Shown: positions 49,836-58,697 of the stretch, piece after piece | How positions within the stretch are numbered: position 1 is the stretch's first letter | Layout: each line of letters begins with the position of its first letter | DNA from: Candidatus Spongiisociaceae bacterium | GTDB lineage: Bacteria; Actinomycetota; Acidimicrobiia; Spongiisociales; Spongiisociaceae | Direction of reading: 5' to 3' | DNA: 64,000 nucleotides | Assembly: GCA_965262915.1 (NCBI GenBank) | Contig: OZ253564.1 | Coordinates: 4,704,001 to 4,768,000 of the forward strand | Notes under the pieces: model-generated | The model's database searches: none | What the model was told of the DNA's origin: nothing | Seen by the model: only the letters and a program-made list of their open reading frames with translations | Position numbers and translations under genes: made by a program

Positions 49836-50912
49836 TCAACGTTTGGCAACAGCAGACAGAGCGGCGTCGAAGCGCCGGGCTACGGCCCCCCACGAATAGT
49901 GATCGACAGCATGGGCTCGGGCTGCCATACCCATCGCCGCCCGCCGGTCGAGGATCAGACGGACGGCTTCGACGATGCCATCCACCGAACCGGCTACGTA
50001 GCCGGTCACACCGGGTACCACCGTCTCGGGGGCGCCGCCGGACGTCCCCGCTATCACGGGGATCCCGGAGGCAGAGGCTTCGAGGTACACGATGCCCAGA
50101 CCCTCGGCCTCCAATCCCAGCCAGCGGGACCGGACCGGCATGACGAACACGTCACAGGAGCGGTACAGAGTGGGCATTTCCTCCCATGGCACGTCGGACT
50201 CCACCCGGACCGGAACCACGGCTCGCGCCGCCCGCCGCCTGATGCGAGCCTCGAGGCGTCCCTTGCCTGCCAGCAGCACCTCCACGGGCAACCCTCCGGC
50301 CTGGAGCCGTTCGGCTGCGGCCAGCACCCGCAGGTGGCCCTTGCGGGGAACGAACCGGGAGATGCAACCGATGACAAGCCGCTCCGCCTCCGCACCGCCG
50401 GATCGGCGCTCTACGGGATGGAACAGCGCCAGATCGACTCCGGCCCCGAGCACCCTGGCCTCCGCCGCCCCCATCGCCGTCACCTTGCGGGCGGTGAAGG
50501 CGGAGACGGTCAACACGAGGGAGGCGCGACGGAAGGTCCGGCCCAACACCTGGCGCAGCACCGGCGCTGCACCGGGCAGGGTCACCTCCGCCCCGTGGGC
50601 CATCACCACGTAGGGGATGCCGGACTCCGCAGCCAGCCTGGGACCGAGTTGGGCGAGCGGGTGGGGCGCTCCGAACACCACCACGTCGGGGTCGAAGTCT
50701 CCGATGTGGTGGCCGATCCGGTGGTAGGTCCTGCGGGTGGGGAGCATGAATGAGACCCCGGCCCGGACGACGCCCGGATCGGACGGTGCACCGGGGTGGT
50801 TCGGCGCCATCACCCGAAAGCGAACCGCCGAGTGACCGACCAGGTTCGAAAGATACTGCTGTATCCCGCCCGGCTTGGGGGGATAATCGTTGGTCACCAG
50901 CAACGCCCGCAT
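49836..50912 (-). CDS. GT4 glycosyltransferase (PimB'-like)
   Basis: VTNDYPPKPGGIQ, SRFVPRKG, EGLGIVYLEA..SGGAPE. Confidence 0.88.
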   Translation of the reverse strand: MRALLVTNDYPPKPGGIQQYLSNLVGHSAVRFRVMAPNHPGAPSDPGVVRAGVSFMLPTRRTYHRIGHHIGDFDPDVVVFGAPHPLAQLGPRLAAESGIPYVVMAHGAEVTLPGAAPVLRQVLGRTFRRASLVLTVSAFTARKVTAMGAAEARVLGAGVDLALFHPVERRSGGAEAERLVIGCISRFVPRKGHLRVLAAAERLQAGGLPVEVLLAGKGRLEARIRRRAARAVVPVRVESDVPWEEMPTLYRSCDVFVMPVRSRWLGLEAEGLGIVYLEASASGIPVIAGTSGGAPETVVPGVTGYVAGSVDGIVEAVRLILDRRAAMGMAARAHAVDHYSWGAVARRFDAALSAVAKR

Positions 50913-51036
50913 GGATATTGACGGTACCTCGAAACGGAGATGCCGATGAACCTGGTGTGGCCGGCCGGGCCCCGGCCGGGTTATGGGGGTTCCTCCCCCG
51001 TGCTGTCACCGGCGAGCTATTACGATCACTCCCAGG

Positions 51037-52119
51037 ATGAGACGGCCCCCGATACGTGTGCTCGACGCAATCGGAACACCGACGGCCATGGGACATGTCC
51101 ACGGGGCGACCCACGCCACCGAGATCTGCACCTACACCGACGAACGTATCGATCTGGTGATGTCGGGTCTCTGGAGCGGTGTGCCCGTCTCCCGGGGAGA
51201 GGTGCTGGAACTGGCGGAGTCGTGCCTGGCGGTCCACCGGCGCCAGTCGGCTCCTCTCTACGAGGAGATGGAGGCTATGGCCGCCGGGGCCGGGATCACC
51301 ATGGCCGAGGCAGTGGTGGTAGGCGGCTTCACCGACTTCGTCGACACCGTGCGGGCCGAGATAGGCGGCGACCACCCCGACCACGTGATCGAGGACACCT
51401 GCACCGCCTTCATCGTTCCCGATGCTCGGGCCGATGGCGCCGGCCTCTTCGGGCAGACCTGGGACATGCACGCGTCGGCCACCGACCATGTGATCCTCCT
51501 GCGCACCAAACCCCAAGACGGACCCGCGGCACTCATCTTTACGACCACGGGTTGTCTGGGCCAGATCGGGATGAACGAACTCGGTGTGTGCGTGGGTATC
51601 AACAACCTGACCGGGGTCGACGGCGGAATCGGTGTCACCTGGCCGACGGTGGTACGCCAAGCCCTTCTGGCAGAGACCGCGGCGGGGGCCAGGGACGTGA
51701 TCCTGGGGGCCGAACTCGCCGGAGCGCACAACTACATGGTCTTCGATGAGGAGGGCAACGGTTTCAACATCGAGGCGATGCCGACGGTGCGGCCCGTCAC
51801 CCCGCTCCGCTCGCACGCGTTGGTGCACACCAACCACACCACCACCGAAGCCACCGATGCCGTCGAGGGCGAGCGGCCGCCCGATCTCCACGACAACTCC
51901 CGTAGGAGAATGCGCACCGCCATGGATCATCTCGACCGCGACGACCTGACGGTCGAAGACCTCATGGAACTCACGCAGGACCAGGTCTGCCAGGTAGCCG
52001 AGCCCCCGTACCACGTGGAGACATCGGGCGCCACGGTCATGCGCCCCAGAGCCCGCGAGTTCTGGGCGGTCTGGGGTTTGCCCAGCATGAACGACTACGT
52101 CAAGATCGACTTCCTGTGA
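51037..52119 (+). CDS. Peptidase C45 / Ntn acyltransferase-hydrolase
   Basis: MGHVHG, autocleavage-type CTAF, GQTWD, GMNELG, HTNH. Confidence 0.82.
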   Translation: MRRPPIRVLDAIGTPTAMGHVHGATHATEICTYTDERIDLVMSGLWSGVPVSRGEVLELAESCLAVHRRQSAPLYEEMEAMAAGAGITMAEAVVVGGFTDFVDTVRAEIGGDHPDHVIEDTCTAFIVPDARADGAGLFGQTWDMHASATDHVILLRTKPQDGPAALIFTTTGCLGQIGMNELGVCVGINNLTGVDGGIGVTWPTVVRQALLAETAAGARDVILGAELAGAHNYMVFDEEGNGFNIEAMPTVRPVTPLRSHALVHTNHTTTEATDAVEGERPPDLHDNSRRRMRTAMDHLDRDDLTVEDLMELTQDQVCQVAEPPYHVETSGATVMRPRAREFWAVWGLPSMNDYVKIDFL

Positions 52120-52472
52120 GCACTCGCCGATAGACCACAAGTTCCGAGAGACAGCCCGTGAGAGGCGGTGTCCGGGGACCGGCGCGCCTCAACTCGACCG
52201 GGTTACCAACCACGCTTCGAGTGGACCGGACCCGGAGGATGGGCGTCCAGCAGCCTGCCACGCCCACCACGATCGCCATGACCACAACGATCGACAGCCG
52301 GCCGGAGGGAGAGTCCGGATAGTTCATCGAAGCCCATGGGCAACGCTGGGCCGCCGGCGCCCGAACCGGTTCCCCCCGGAGGGGGACTTCACCTTCCGGG
52401 GGCGGCCGGGCCAGTCCAAGTGGGTCGAGCCGGTGTCCGGAGAGGCGCCCCGATCCTCGACCTGGGGCCTGA

Positions 52473-53723
52473 CTACCTCTGAGGACCGGGTCGGCCGAGG
52501 AGTGATCCCTGGCCGCTGGATCCGGGATCGGTCGGTGGGCCGAGCCTGATGGCTGAGGGCCCGGCCCGCACGGGTACCGACCTTTCCAGTTCGGCCCGGA
52601 CGAGCGGGTCGTCCGGATCCTCCAGCGCGCCCAGGTCCAAGCCCAGGCGGCGGGCGCACCAGACCGCGTGGGCAGAAACGATCGGGTCCGGGTCGGCCAG
52701 CGCTCGATCGACAGCCGCCCGCACCCGGGGGTCGGAGGGCTTGCCAACGTTGCCGAGCGCCACCAGCGCGTTGCGCCTCAGGTAGCGGGGTTGGCGCCGC
52801 GGTATGTACCACCGTCCGAACCGGGCCAGCAACTCATCGTCGGAGGCGTCGAGCATGTCCAGCAACGACACCCGGGCCCTATCCTGCCCGACCCTGTTCC
52901 CGTCGTGTCCGGCGTGCGACCGGGTCTCGGTGCCCCGTCGGCGTCGGGCTCGGTGGCGGGTTTCGAGTCGTATCCGAACCCGGTTGGGAGGGCACACGTC
53001 GGCACAGTCGTCGCAGCCGTAGATCCGATCACCCAGCGCCACCCGGTAGTCGGGGTCGAACACACCCGTGGCTTGGACGAGCCACGCGAGGCAGCGGCGG
53101 GCGTCCACCGTGCCGGGAGCGATGATGGCCCCTGTCGGGCAGCCGTCCAGGCACCGGTGGCACGATCCACAACCGTCCGCCACCGGATCGGGATCGCTGT
53201 CGCAGAGCGCGGCATCGGTGACCACGGCGCCGAGCACCACGAGGCTGCCCGCGCCCGGCACCAGGATGTTGGAGCTCTTGCCCCACCATCCGATGCCGGC
53301 CCGGTGAGCCGCGGCCCGGTCCACCAAGTGGTTCTCGTCGGCCACGACCACCGCACGGTGTCCCGCGGAGCGAAGGGGTTCGGCCACCGCCTCGAGCGCA
53401 GCGCGCAGCGCGGCGTAGTGGTCGGCTCGGGCATACGCCGCGACCCGGCCGTAGGGACGCCCGTCGTGGAGAGGTTCCGGCTCTCCCCGCCAGAAGTCGA
53501 GGGCGCCCACGACCAGGCTGGCCGTACTCGGCAGGATGCGGGTCGGGTCGGTGGAGCGCTCCGGGTTGCGGTAGGTGAACTGCATACCGGCATGCAGTCC
53601 CTCCTGCTTGCGCTCCCGGAGGACTCGTCTCGTGTCGGAGAAGGGCTCGGCGAGGCACACACCGACCGCGCACAGCCCGGCGCGGCGACCGATGTCGATC
53701 AGCATGTCGGCGGTGACGGTCAC
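52473..53723 (-). CDS. queG: Epoxyqueuosine reductase
   Basis: YARADHY, DRAAAHRAGIGWWGK, CGSCHRCLDGCPTGA, DARRC, IYGCDDCADVCP, RNALVALGN. Confidence 0.92.
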   Translation of the reverse strand: MTVTADMLIDIGRRAGLCAVGVCLAEPFSDTRRVLRERKQEGLHAGMQFTYRNPERSTDPTRILPSTASLVVGALDFWRGEPEPLHDGRPYGRVAAYARADHYAALRAALEAVAEPLRSAGHRAVVVADENHLVDRAAAHRAGIGWWGKSSNILVPGAGSLVVLGAVVTDAALCDSDPDPVADGCGSCHRCLDGCPTGAIIAPGTVDARRCLAWLVQATGVFDPDYRVALGDRIYGCDDCADVCPPNRVRIRLETRHRARRRRGTETRSHAGHDGNRVGQDRARVSLLDMLDASDDELLARFGRWYIPRRQPRYLRRNALVALGNVGKPSDPRVRAAVDRALADPDPIVSAHAVWCARRLGLDLGALEDPDDPLVRAELERSVPVRAGPSAIRLGPPTDPGSSGQGSLLGRPGPQR

Positions 53724-53840
53724 ACCCCCATCGTGGCAGATCCGACCGTCCGTATCCGCCGCAGGTCGCCGGCTTCGACGGAACCGCTCGACCCCGACCC
53801 CGGGACGGATATGCATCCTCGCTCAAGCTATCGCCTCCCG

Positions 53841-54058
53841 AGGGGGTTGACACTGTCACAGGGTTGCCGCATAGTTAGTGGTGCCAAACACCCGCGCGGT
53901 TTCGAAACGGACGTCCTTCGACCGCCCGAGGGATCAAGAATCGGGGAACCGGACACCCCGCTCCCGGCGGGCACGACGCGCTCCGAGCCCAGGAAAGGTG
54001 GCGGCGGGGGTGGGCCCGGTCCAGTGGAAGGCGGCGGGGATTTTCGCGATCTGATACC
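53841..54058 (+). repeat. ~215-bp dispersed element, copy 2
   Basis: TTGACA-N17-CATAGT, shared core with 46237-46454. A possible 57-aa leaderless ORF starts at GTG 53881. Confidence 0.8.
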
Positions 54059-54094
54059 ACCGATAAGCCGCTGCGGTTCGGTTAGCCGCTTGGT

Positions 54095-55471
54095 TCACCG
54101 CCGCAGAAGTTGATAAGCGGTCTCTCCGGCCCAGGATCGGCGGCCGGTCCTGAACTCCTTGCGATCAGCCCAGCCCATCACGGCCCGGGTACCCCGGATA
54201 CCCAGCCACCGCAGGGGTTCCGGCTCCCATGGACGGGACTCGAGCCCCACCCAGGCGAGACTGACCAACTCGGAATCCGCGCCGGTAATCAGATCGGCCA
54301 GGGTACGGCCCGCCAGATTGGAGGGAGCGACCCCCTCACCGACGTAGCCTCCCGCGGTTCCGAACCCGCGGTCCCGGTCGAAGCGCACCGACGGAGTCCA
54401 GTTGCGGGGAGCGCCGAGCACGCCGCCCCATCGGTGGGTGATATCGGCATCGGCCAGCACGGGGAAGATCTCCACCAGCACCTCCCGGATCAGATCGTGG
54501 GACCGCAGGTCTCTCTCCGTGGCCGGACTGATGCGGGAGCCGTACCGGTAAGGCACGACCCGGCCCCCGAAAGCGATCCGCCCGTCGGCGGTCCGCTGCC
54601 CGTAGATCACGGCGTAACGATCGTCGGCGAACGTCGGGCGGGTGTCGAGCCCGATCTCGGCCAAGGTGCCCTCGTCGAGCGGTTCGGTGGCGATCATCAA
54701 CGAGTACAGGGGGACGAGGGTCCGGCGCTGCCCCGGCAGATCACGGGTGTAGGCCTCCGTGGCCCGGATCACCACCGGCGCGGCGACAGTACCTCCGCTA
54801 GTGGAGACGCCACACTCATCCAGTGCCGTCGCGGCCGTCTGTTCGACTATCCGGACCCCACGGCGCTCCACGGCCGTGGCCAGGCCCCGCACCAGGCGAG
54901 CCGGGTCGACCGCCGCACACGGCTCGTAGAAAATGCCCCCGTACAGGTCTGTGGGCCGGGCGTACTTCCGAACCTGGTCCGGACCGAGCAGCCGGATGAT
55001 GTCCTCGCCGATCCCGTGGGCCCGGTGATGCTCGACCTCGGCCACCTGGCGACGAGCCTGGGCCCGGTTGCGGGCGAAGCGGATCACTCCCCCCTTGGCA
55101 AACCCGCACTCGATGGACTCGGTGCCGATCACCCTTGCTATCTCGTCGACCGAACCGTGCACATAGTCCACGAGCCGCCGAGCCGCGGCATGGCTCGAGC
55201 GGCGGGCGTAACCGGCGATGTCGGCAGCCAGTTCCCCGACGACCCACCCTCCGTTCCGGCCGGAAGCCCCGAACCCACAGATCTCACGCTCGATCACCAT
55301 GATGGACAGGGACGGGTCACGCTCGGTCAGGTAGTAGGCCGTCCACAGGCCGGTGAAACCGCCCCCCACGATGGCCACGTCCACCTCGCTGTCACCGTCG
55401 AGAGGGGGGCGGGGTTCGAGGTCACCCGGAAAGGTCGCCAGCCACAGCGACAGGCTCGAGTAGTCAGGCAC
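54095..55471 (-). CDS. FAD-dependent oxidoreductase (DAO family, PuuB-like)
   Basis: DVAIVGGGFTGLW, GASGRNGG, ATEAYT, GGYVGEGV. Confidence 0.85.
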   Translation of the reverse strand: MPDYSSLSLWLATFPGDLEPRPPLDGDSEVDVAIVGGGFTGLWTAYYLTERDPSLSIMVIEREICGFGASGRNGGWVVGELAADIAGYARRSSHAAARRLVDYVHGSVDEIARVIGTESIECGFAKGGVIRFARNRAQARRQVAEVEHHRAHGIGEDIIRLLGPDQVRKYARPTDLYGGIFYEPCAAVDPARLVRGLATAVERRGVRIVEQTAATALDECGVSTSGGTVAAPVVIRATEAYTRDLPGQRRTLVPLYSLMIATEPLDEGTLAEIGLDTRPTFADDRYAVIYGQRTADGRIAFGGRVVPYRYGSRISPATERDLRSHDLIREVLVEIFPVLADADITHRWGGVLGAPRNWTPSVRFDRDRGFGTAGGYVGEGVAPSNLAGRTLADLITGADSELVSLAWVGLESRPWEPEPLRWLGIRGTRAVMGWADRKEFRTGRRSWAGETAYQLLRR

Positions 55472-55494
55472 CGGCCGGAGTATATGATCCGGCT

Positions 55495-56112
55495 GTGAAT
55501 AGCAGGCTGTGCTATCGCAACATCGAGAGCCGCTGGGCCGAAGCCCTGGAGGCACTGGAACTGAGGGCTTTTCCCAACGTCGACCCCGCCGACCTCTATT
55601 GCGCCGCTGAGTTGAGGGACCTGACCGAGGCGTTCCCGGAGGGGAACTTCGTCGTCCTGGACGGCGACGAGCCGATCGCCATGGGACTCGGCGTGAGGGT
55701 CGACTTCGACCTGGAACGGCCCCAGCACAGGCTCAAGGACCTCATGGCACAAGGAGGCAGGGCGGGACACGATCCCGACGGGGAGTGGTACTACGGAACC
55801 GACGTCTCGGTCGATCCCCGCTACCGCCGACGGGGAATCGGCAGCCGTCTCTATGACCTACGCAAGGGAGTGTGCTGCGACCTGGGTCTGCGAGGCATCA
55901 TTGCCGGCGGGGTGATCCCCGGCTACGCAGACCACAAGGCCTCTATGAGCGCAGCGCAGTACGTGGAGAGGGTCGCCGCAGGCGAACTCTACGACCCCAC
56001 GCTCACCTTCCAGGTCAGGAACGGCTTCGAGGTGCGGGGCGTGCTGGAGAACTACATGCACGACCCGACCGTCGACAACTGCGCATCGTTGATCGTCTGG
56101 CCCAACCGGTAG
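55495..56112 (+). CDS. GNAT-family N-acetyltransferase
   Basis: YGTDVSVDPRYRRRGIG, DPTLTFQ..NGF. Confidence 0.85.
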   Translation: MNSRLCYRNIESRWAEALEALELRAFPNVDPADLYCAAELRDLTEAFPEGNFVVLDGDEPIAMGLGVRVDFDLERPQHRLKDLMAQGGRAGHDPDGEWYYGTDVSVDPRYRRRGIGSRLYDLRKGVCCDLGLRGIIAGGVIPGYADHKASMSAAQYVERVAAGELYDPTLTFQVRNGFEVRGVLENYMHDPTVDNCASLIVWPNR

Positions 56113-56167
56113 TCCAACCAATGGCCGTCGAGACAGATCCGGCAGGGCCGCGGAACACAGCCGCAGG

Positions 56168-56407
56168 TTGTTCGAGGCGCTCCGCCAGAACGACAACATC
56201 CCCACCGAGGAGTGGCTGACGAGGAGACTGTGGGGCTTCTCATCAGAGCCGCCCTTCCTCCACCCCGGCCGGGCAACCCTCATATCGGAAGCCATCCTGA
56301 TGCACGGAGGCGAGGCGCAGACCCAGCGAGACTCGTTCGAACACCTGTCTGCCGGCGATGAGGCCGCCCTGCTCGAGTTCCTGCTAACCCTCCAGATCAA
56401 ACTCTGA
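56168..56407 (+). pseudogene. C-terminal fragment of a di-haem oxidoreductase (DHOR-like) protein
   Basis: TRRLWG..PPFLHPGRA..SEAILMHGGEA..F..LS..ALLEFL resembles the family C-terminus. No N-terminal part is present. Confidence 0.65.
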
Positions 56408-56446
56408 AGACCTCTCGGTCCATGCGAAGCTCGATGGCAGTTAGAA

Positions 56447-56501
56447 GATTCGACAGTATACTAGTGTTATAGCTGCCTCAGCATAATTATACTGTCGAAT
56501 C
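56447..56501 (+). promoter_or_regulatory. hipBA operator/promoter
   Basis: Perfect 14-bp inverted repeat GATTCGACAGTATA-N27-TATACTGTCGAATC ending at the GTG start; the second arm contains -10-like TATACT. Confidence 0.75.
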
Positions 56502-56828
56502 GTGAGAGGCCCAAGCACATACTCACCCGCGACGATGGAGGCCCTGAGGCTACTCGGGAACCGGGTGCGGCTGGCTCGCCGTCGGCGCCGATGGACGATC
56601 GTCGAGCTCGCGGAGCGGGTGGGGGTATCTCCGGTGACGATCCGCAAGGTCGAGCTGGGCGAACCGACGGTAGCCCTCGGAACTGCGTTCGAGGCAGCCG
56701 CGCTGGTGGGAGTCACGCTGTTCCACCACGACCCGGCCAGGAGAGGGCTCGAAGCCGAGTACGTCCGCGCCGAACTCGCCGTGCTGCCGACCGCGGTCCG
56801 TCGCGGCCCCGTCGACGACGACTTCTGA
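56502..56828 (+). CDS. hipB: HipB-like XRE antitoxin
   Basis: WTIVELAERVGVSPVTIRKVELGEP HTH, upstream of hipA. Confidence 0.8.
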   Translation: MRGPSTYSPATMEALRLLGNRVRLARRRRRWTIVELAERVGVSPVTIRKVELGEPTVALGTAFEAAALVGVTLFHHDPARRGLEAEYVRAELAVLPTAVRRGPVDDDF

Positions 56829-56829
56829 G

Positions 56830-58059
56830 ATGACATCGAAACCTCGGAGAGCGTTCGTGTGGGTGTGGCTGCCGGGAGCAGCCGAACCGGTAGTTGCCGG
56901 GAAACTCACCGACAGGGGCTCTGTCATCACGTTCACCTATGGCCGTAGCTACCTTGGTCGGACCGGTGCCGTGCCGTTGTATCTTCCGGAGTTGCCGCTG
57001 CGGAGAGGGGAGATCAACCCGATATCGGGAGATGTAGCGGGATGTATTGCCGACGCGGGACCCGACGCTTGGGGGAGACGCGTAATCGAGCACGGCCGCA
57101 CGGTCAAGACCACCGACTCGGGAACGCTCGATTACCTGCTCGAGTCCGGATCCGACCGGATCGGTGCCTTCGACTTCCAGGAATCCGCCACGGATTACAC
57201 GCCTCGCGTCGGCGACTTGGTGCCGCTCGCCGAACTGGCCGAGGTCTCCGACCGTGTCGAGAGAGGCATACCGCTCACATCCGCGCTCGGCCGCGCCCTT
57301 CTCCACGGCACCTCGGTGGGCGGCGCCCGACCCAAGGCGGTCCTGGCCGACGGCACTCGGCGGATGATCGCCAAGTTCGCCTCGGTAACCGACACGTATC
57401 CTGTCGTCAAAGCCGAGTACGTCGCCATGAAACTGGCGTCCTGCGCAGCTGTCGATACGGCGCGCGTCGAACTCGACGAAGCGCTCGGCAAAGCTGTCCT
57501 CCTCGTCGACCGGTTCGACCGCACAACGACGGGGGAACGGCGGATGATGGTGTCTGCACTCACCATCCTGCAGCTGCATGACGCCTTCGGAATGGCAGGT
57601 CACTACGCCACCTACACGGACATCGCCCACCAGATCCGCTCACGATTCACCAACCCCGATGCGACCCTACGCGAGCTCTTCTCCCGCATCACCTTCAACA
57701 TCCTCGTCGGCAACACCGACGACCGCCCCAGAAACCACACGGCGTTCTCGGACGGCGCCAACCTCACGCTCACCCCCGCCTACGACATTGCTCCGCAACC
57801 GCGAACCGGCGGCGAGGCGGCACAGGCGATGGCCTTCGGCGCCGACGGCGACCGGCTCAGCCAAGTCGCCCGCTGCATCACGCACGCCCCCACCTACCAC
57901 CTCACCACCGGACAGGCGCGAGAGATTGTCGACCACCAGATAGCGGTGATCCACAGCGAGTGGGAAGCCGTGTGCGACCGAGCCGCCATGACCCAGGCCG
58001 ACCGCAATCGTCTCTGGGGCCGCCAGTTCCTCAACCCCTACGCGCTGTACGGCTACTGA
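56830..58059 (+). CDS. hipA: HipA-family kinase toxin
   Basis: PDAWG, DRIGA, TSVGGARPK, RFDR, GNTDDRPRN, LTPAYD. Confidence 0.9.
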   Translation: MTSKPRRAFVWVWLPGAAEPVVAGKLTDRGSVITFTYGRSYLGRTGAVPLYLPELPLRRGEINPISGDVAGCIADAGPDAWGRRVIEHGRTVKTTDSGTLDYLLESGSDRIGAFDFQESATDYTPRVGDLVPLAELAEVSDRVERGIPLTSALGRALLHGTSVGGARPKAVLADGTRRMIAKFASVTDTYPVVKAEYVAMKLASCAAVDTARVELDEALGKAVLLVDRFDRTTTGERRMMVSALTILQLHDAFGMAGHYATYTDIAHQIRSRFTNPDATLRELFSRITFNILVGNTDDRPRNHTAFSDGANLTLTPAYDIAPQPRTGGEAAQAMAFGADGDRLSQVARCITHAPTYHLTTGQAREIVDHQIAVIHSEWEAVCDRAAMTQADRNRLWGRQFLNPYALYGY

Positions 58060-58085
58060 CCCTCTCGACGACTCGTGGGGAATGT

Positions 58086-58586
58086 TCAGCCGAGGGCGGC
58101 CAGTGCCGCGTCGTAGTCCGGCTCGTCGACGATCTCCGGCACGAGGTGCGAGTACAGGACCGTGCCGTCAGCGTCGATGACCACCACAGCCCTGGCACAC
58201 AAGCCTTCGAGGGGCCCGTCGACGATGCCCACGCCGTAGTCGTCCATGAACTCCCGGTTGCGGAACACCGAGCCCGTGATGGCGTCGTCTATACCCTCGG
58301 TGTCGCAGAACCTGCCGGCCGCGAAGGGCAGGTCTGCCGAGACACACACGACGGTGGTGTTGTCGAGTCCGGCGGCCCGTTCGTTGAAGGCGCGCACACT
58401 CGCCGCGCAGGTCCCCGTGTCCACCGAGGGGAAGATGTTGAGCACCACCCGGCCACCGGCGAGTTCCTCGGACGAGACGGATCCAAGATCCCTGGTCGTC
58501 AGGGTGAAGGCGGGCGCTGCCCCGCCGACCGCGGGCAGATCGCCGCTTGTGTTGACGAGATCGCCCTTGAGTGCCGTCCGTGCCAT
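58086..58586 (-). CDS. tpx: Thiol peroxidase (atypical 2-Cys peroxiredoxin)
   Basis: FPSVDTGTCAASVRAFN, SADLPFAAGRFC, EPDY. Confidence 0.95.
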   Translation of the reverse strand: MARTALKGDLVNTSGDLPAVGGAAPAFTLTTRDLGSVSSEELAGGRVVLNIFPSVDTGTCAASVRAFNERAAGLDNTTVVCVSADLPFAAGRFCDTEGIDDAITGSVFRNREFMDDYGVGIVDGPLEGLCARAVVVIDADGTVLYSHLVPEIVDEPDYDAALAALG

Positions 58587-58697
58587 GCCTCTCTCCTTCG
58601 AATTGCCGCTGTCAGACGCCGGTGAACTCTACGTCCGGCGCCGGAACGCCGGCCGGCGGGCCGACCCGTCCAGGTTAGCCGTGCCGCCCGAGACGGG

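Noticed and set aside
52120-52470. Possible small lipoprotein ORF (MNYPDS..VVGVAGC) on the minus strand
   Set aside because: No basic n-region, no recognisable domain, runs into the convergent gene; cannot be supported
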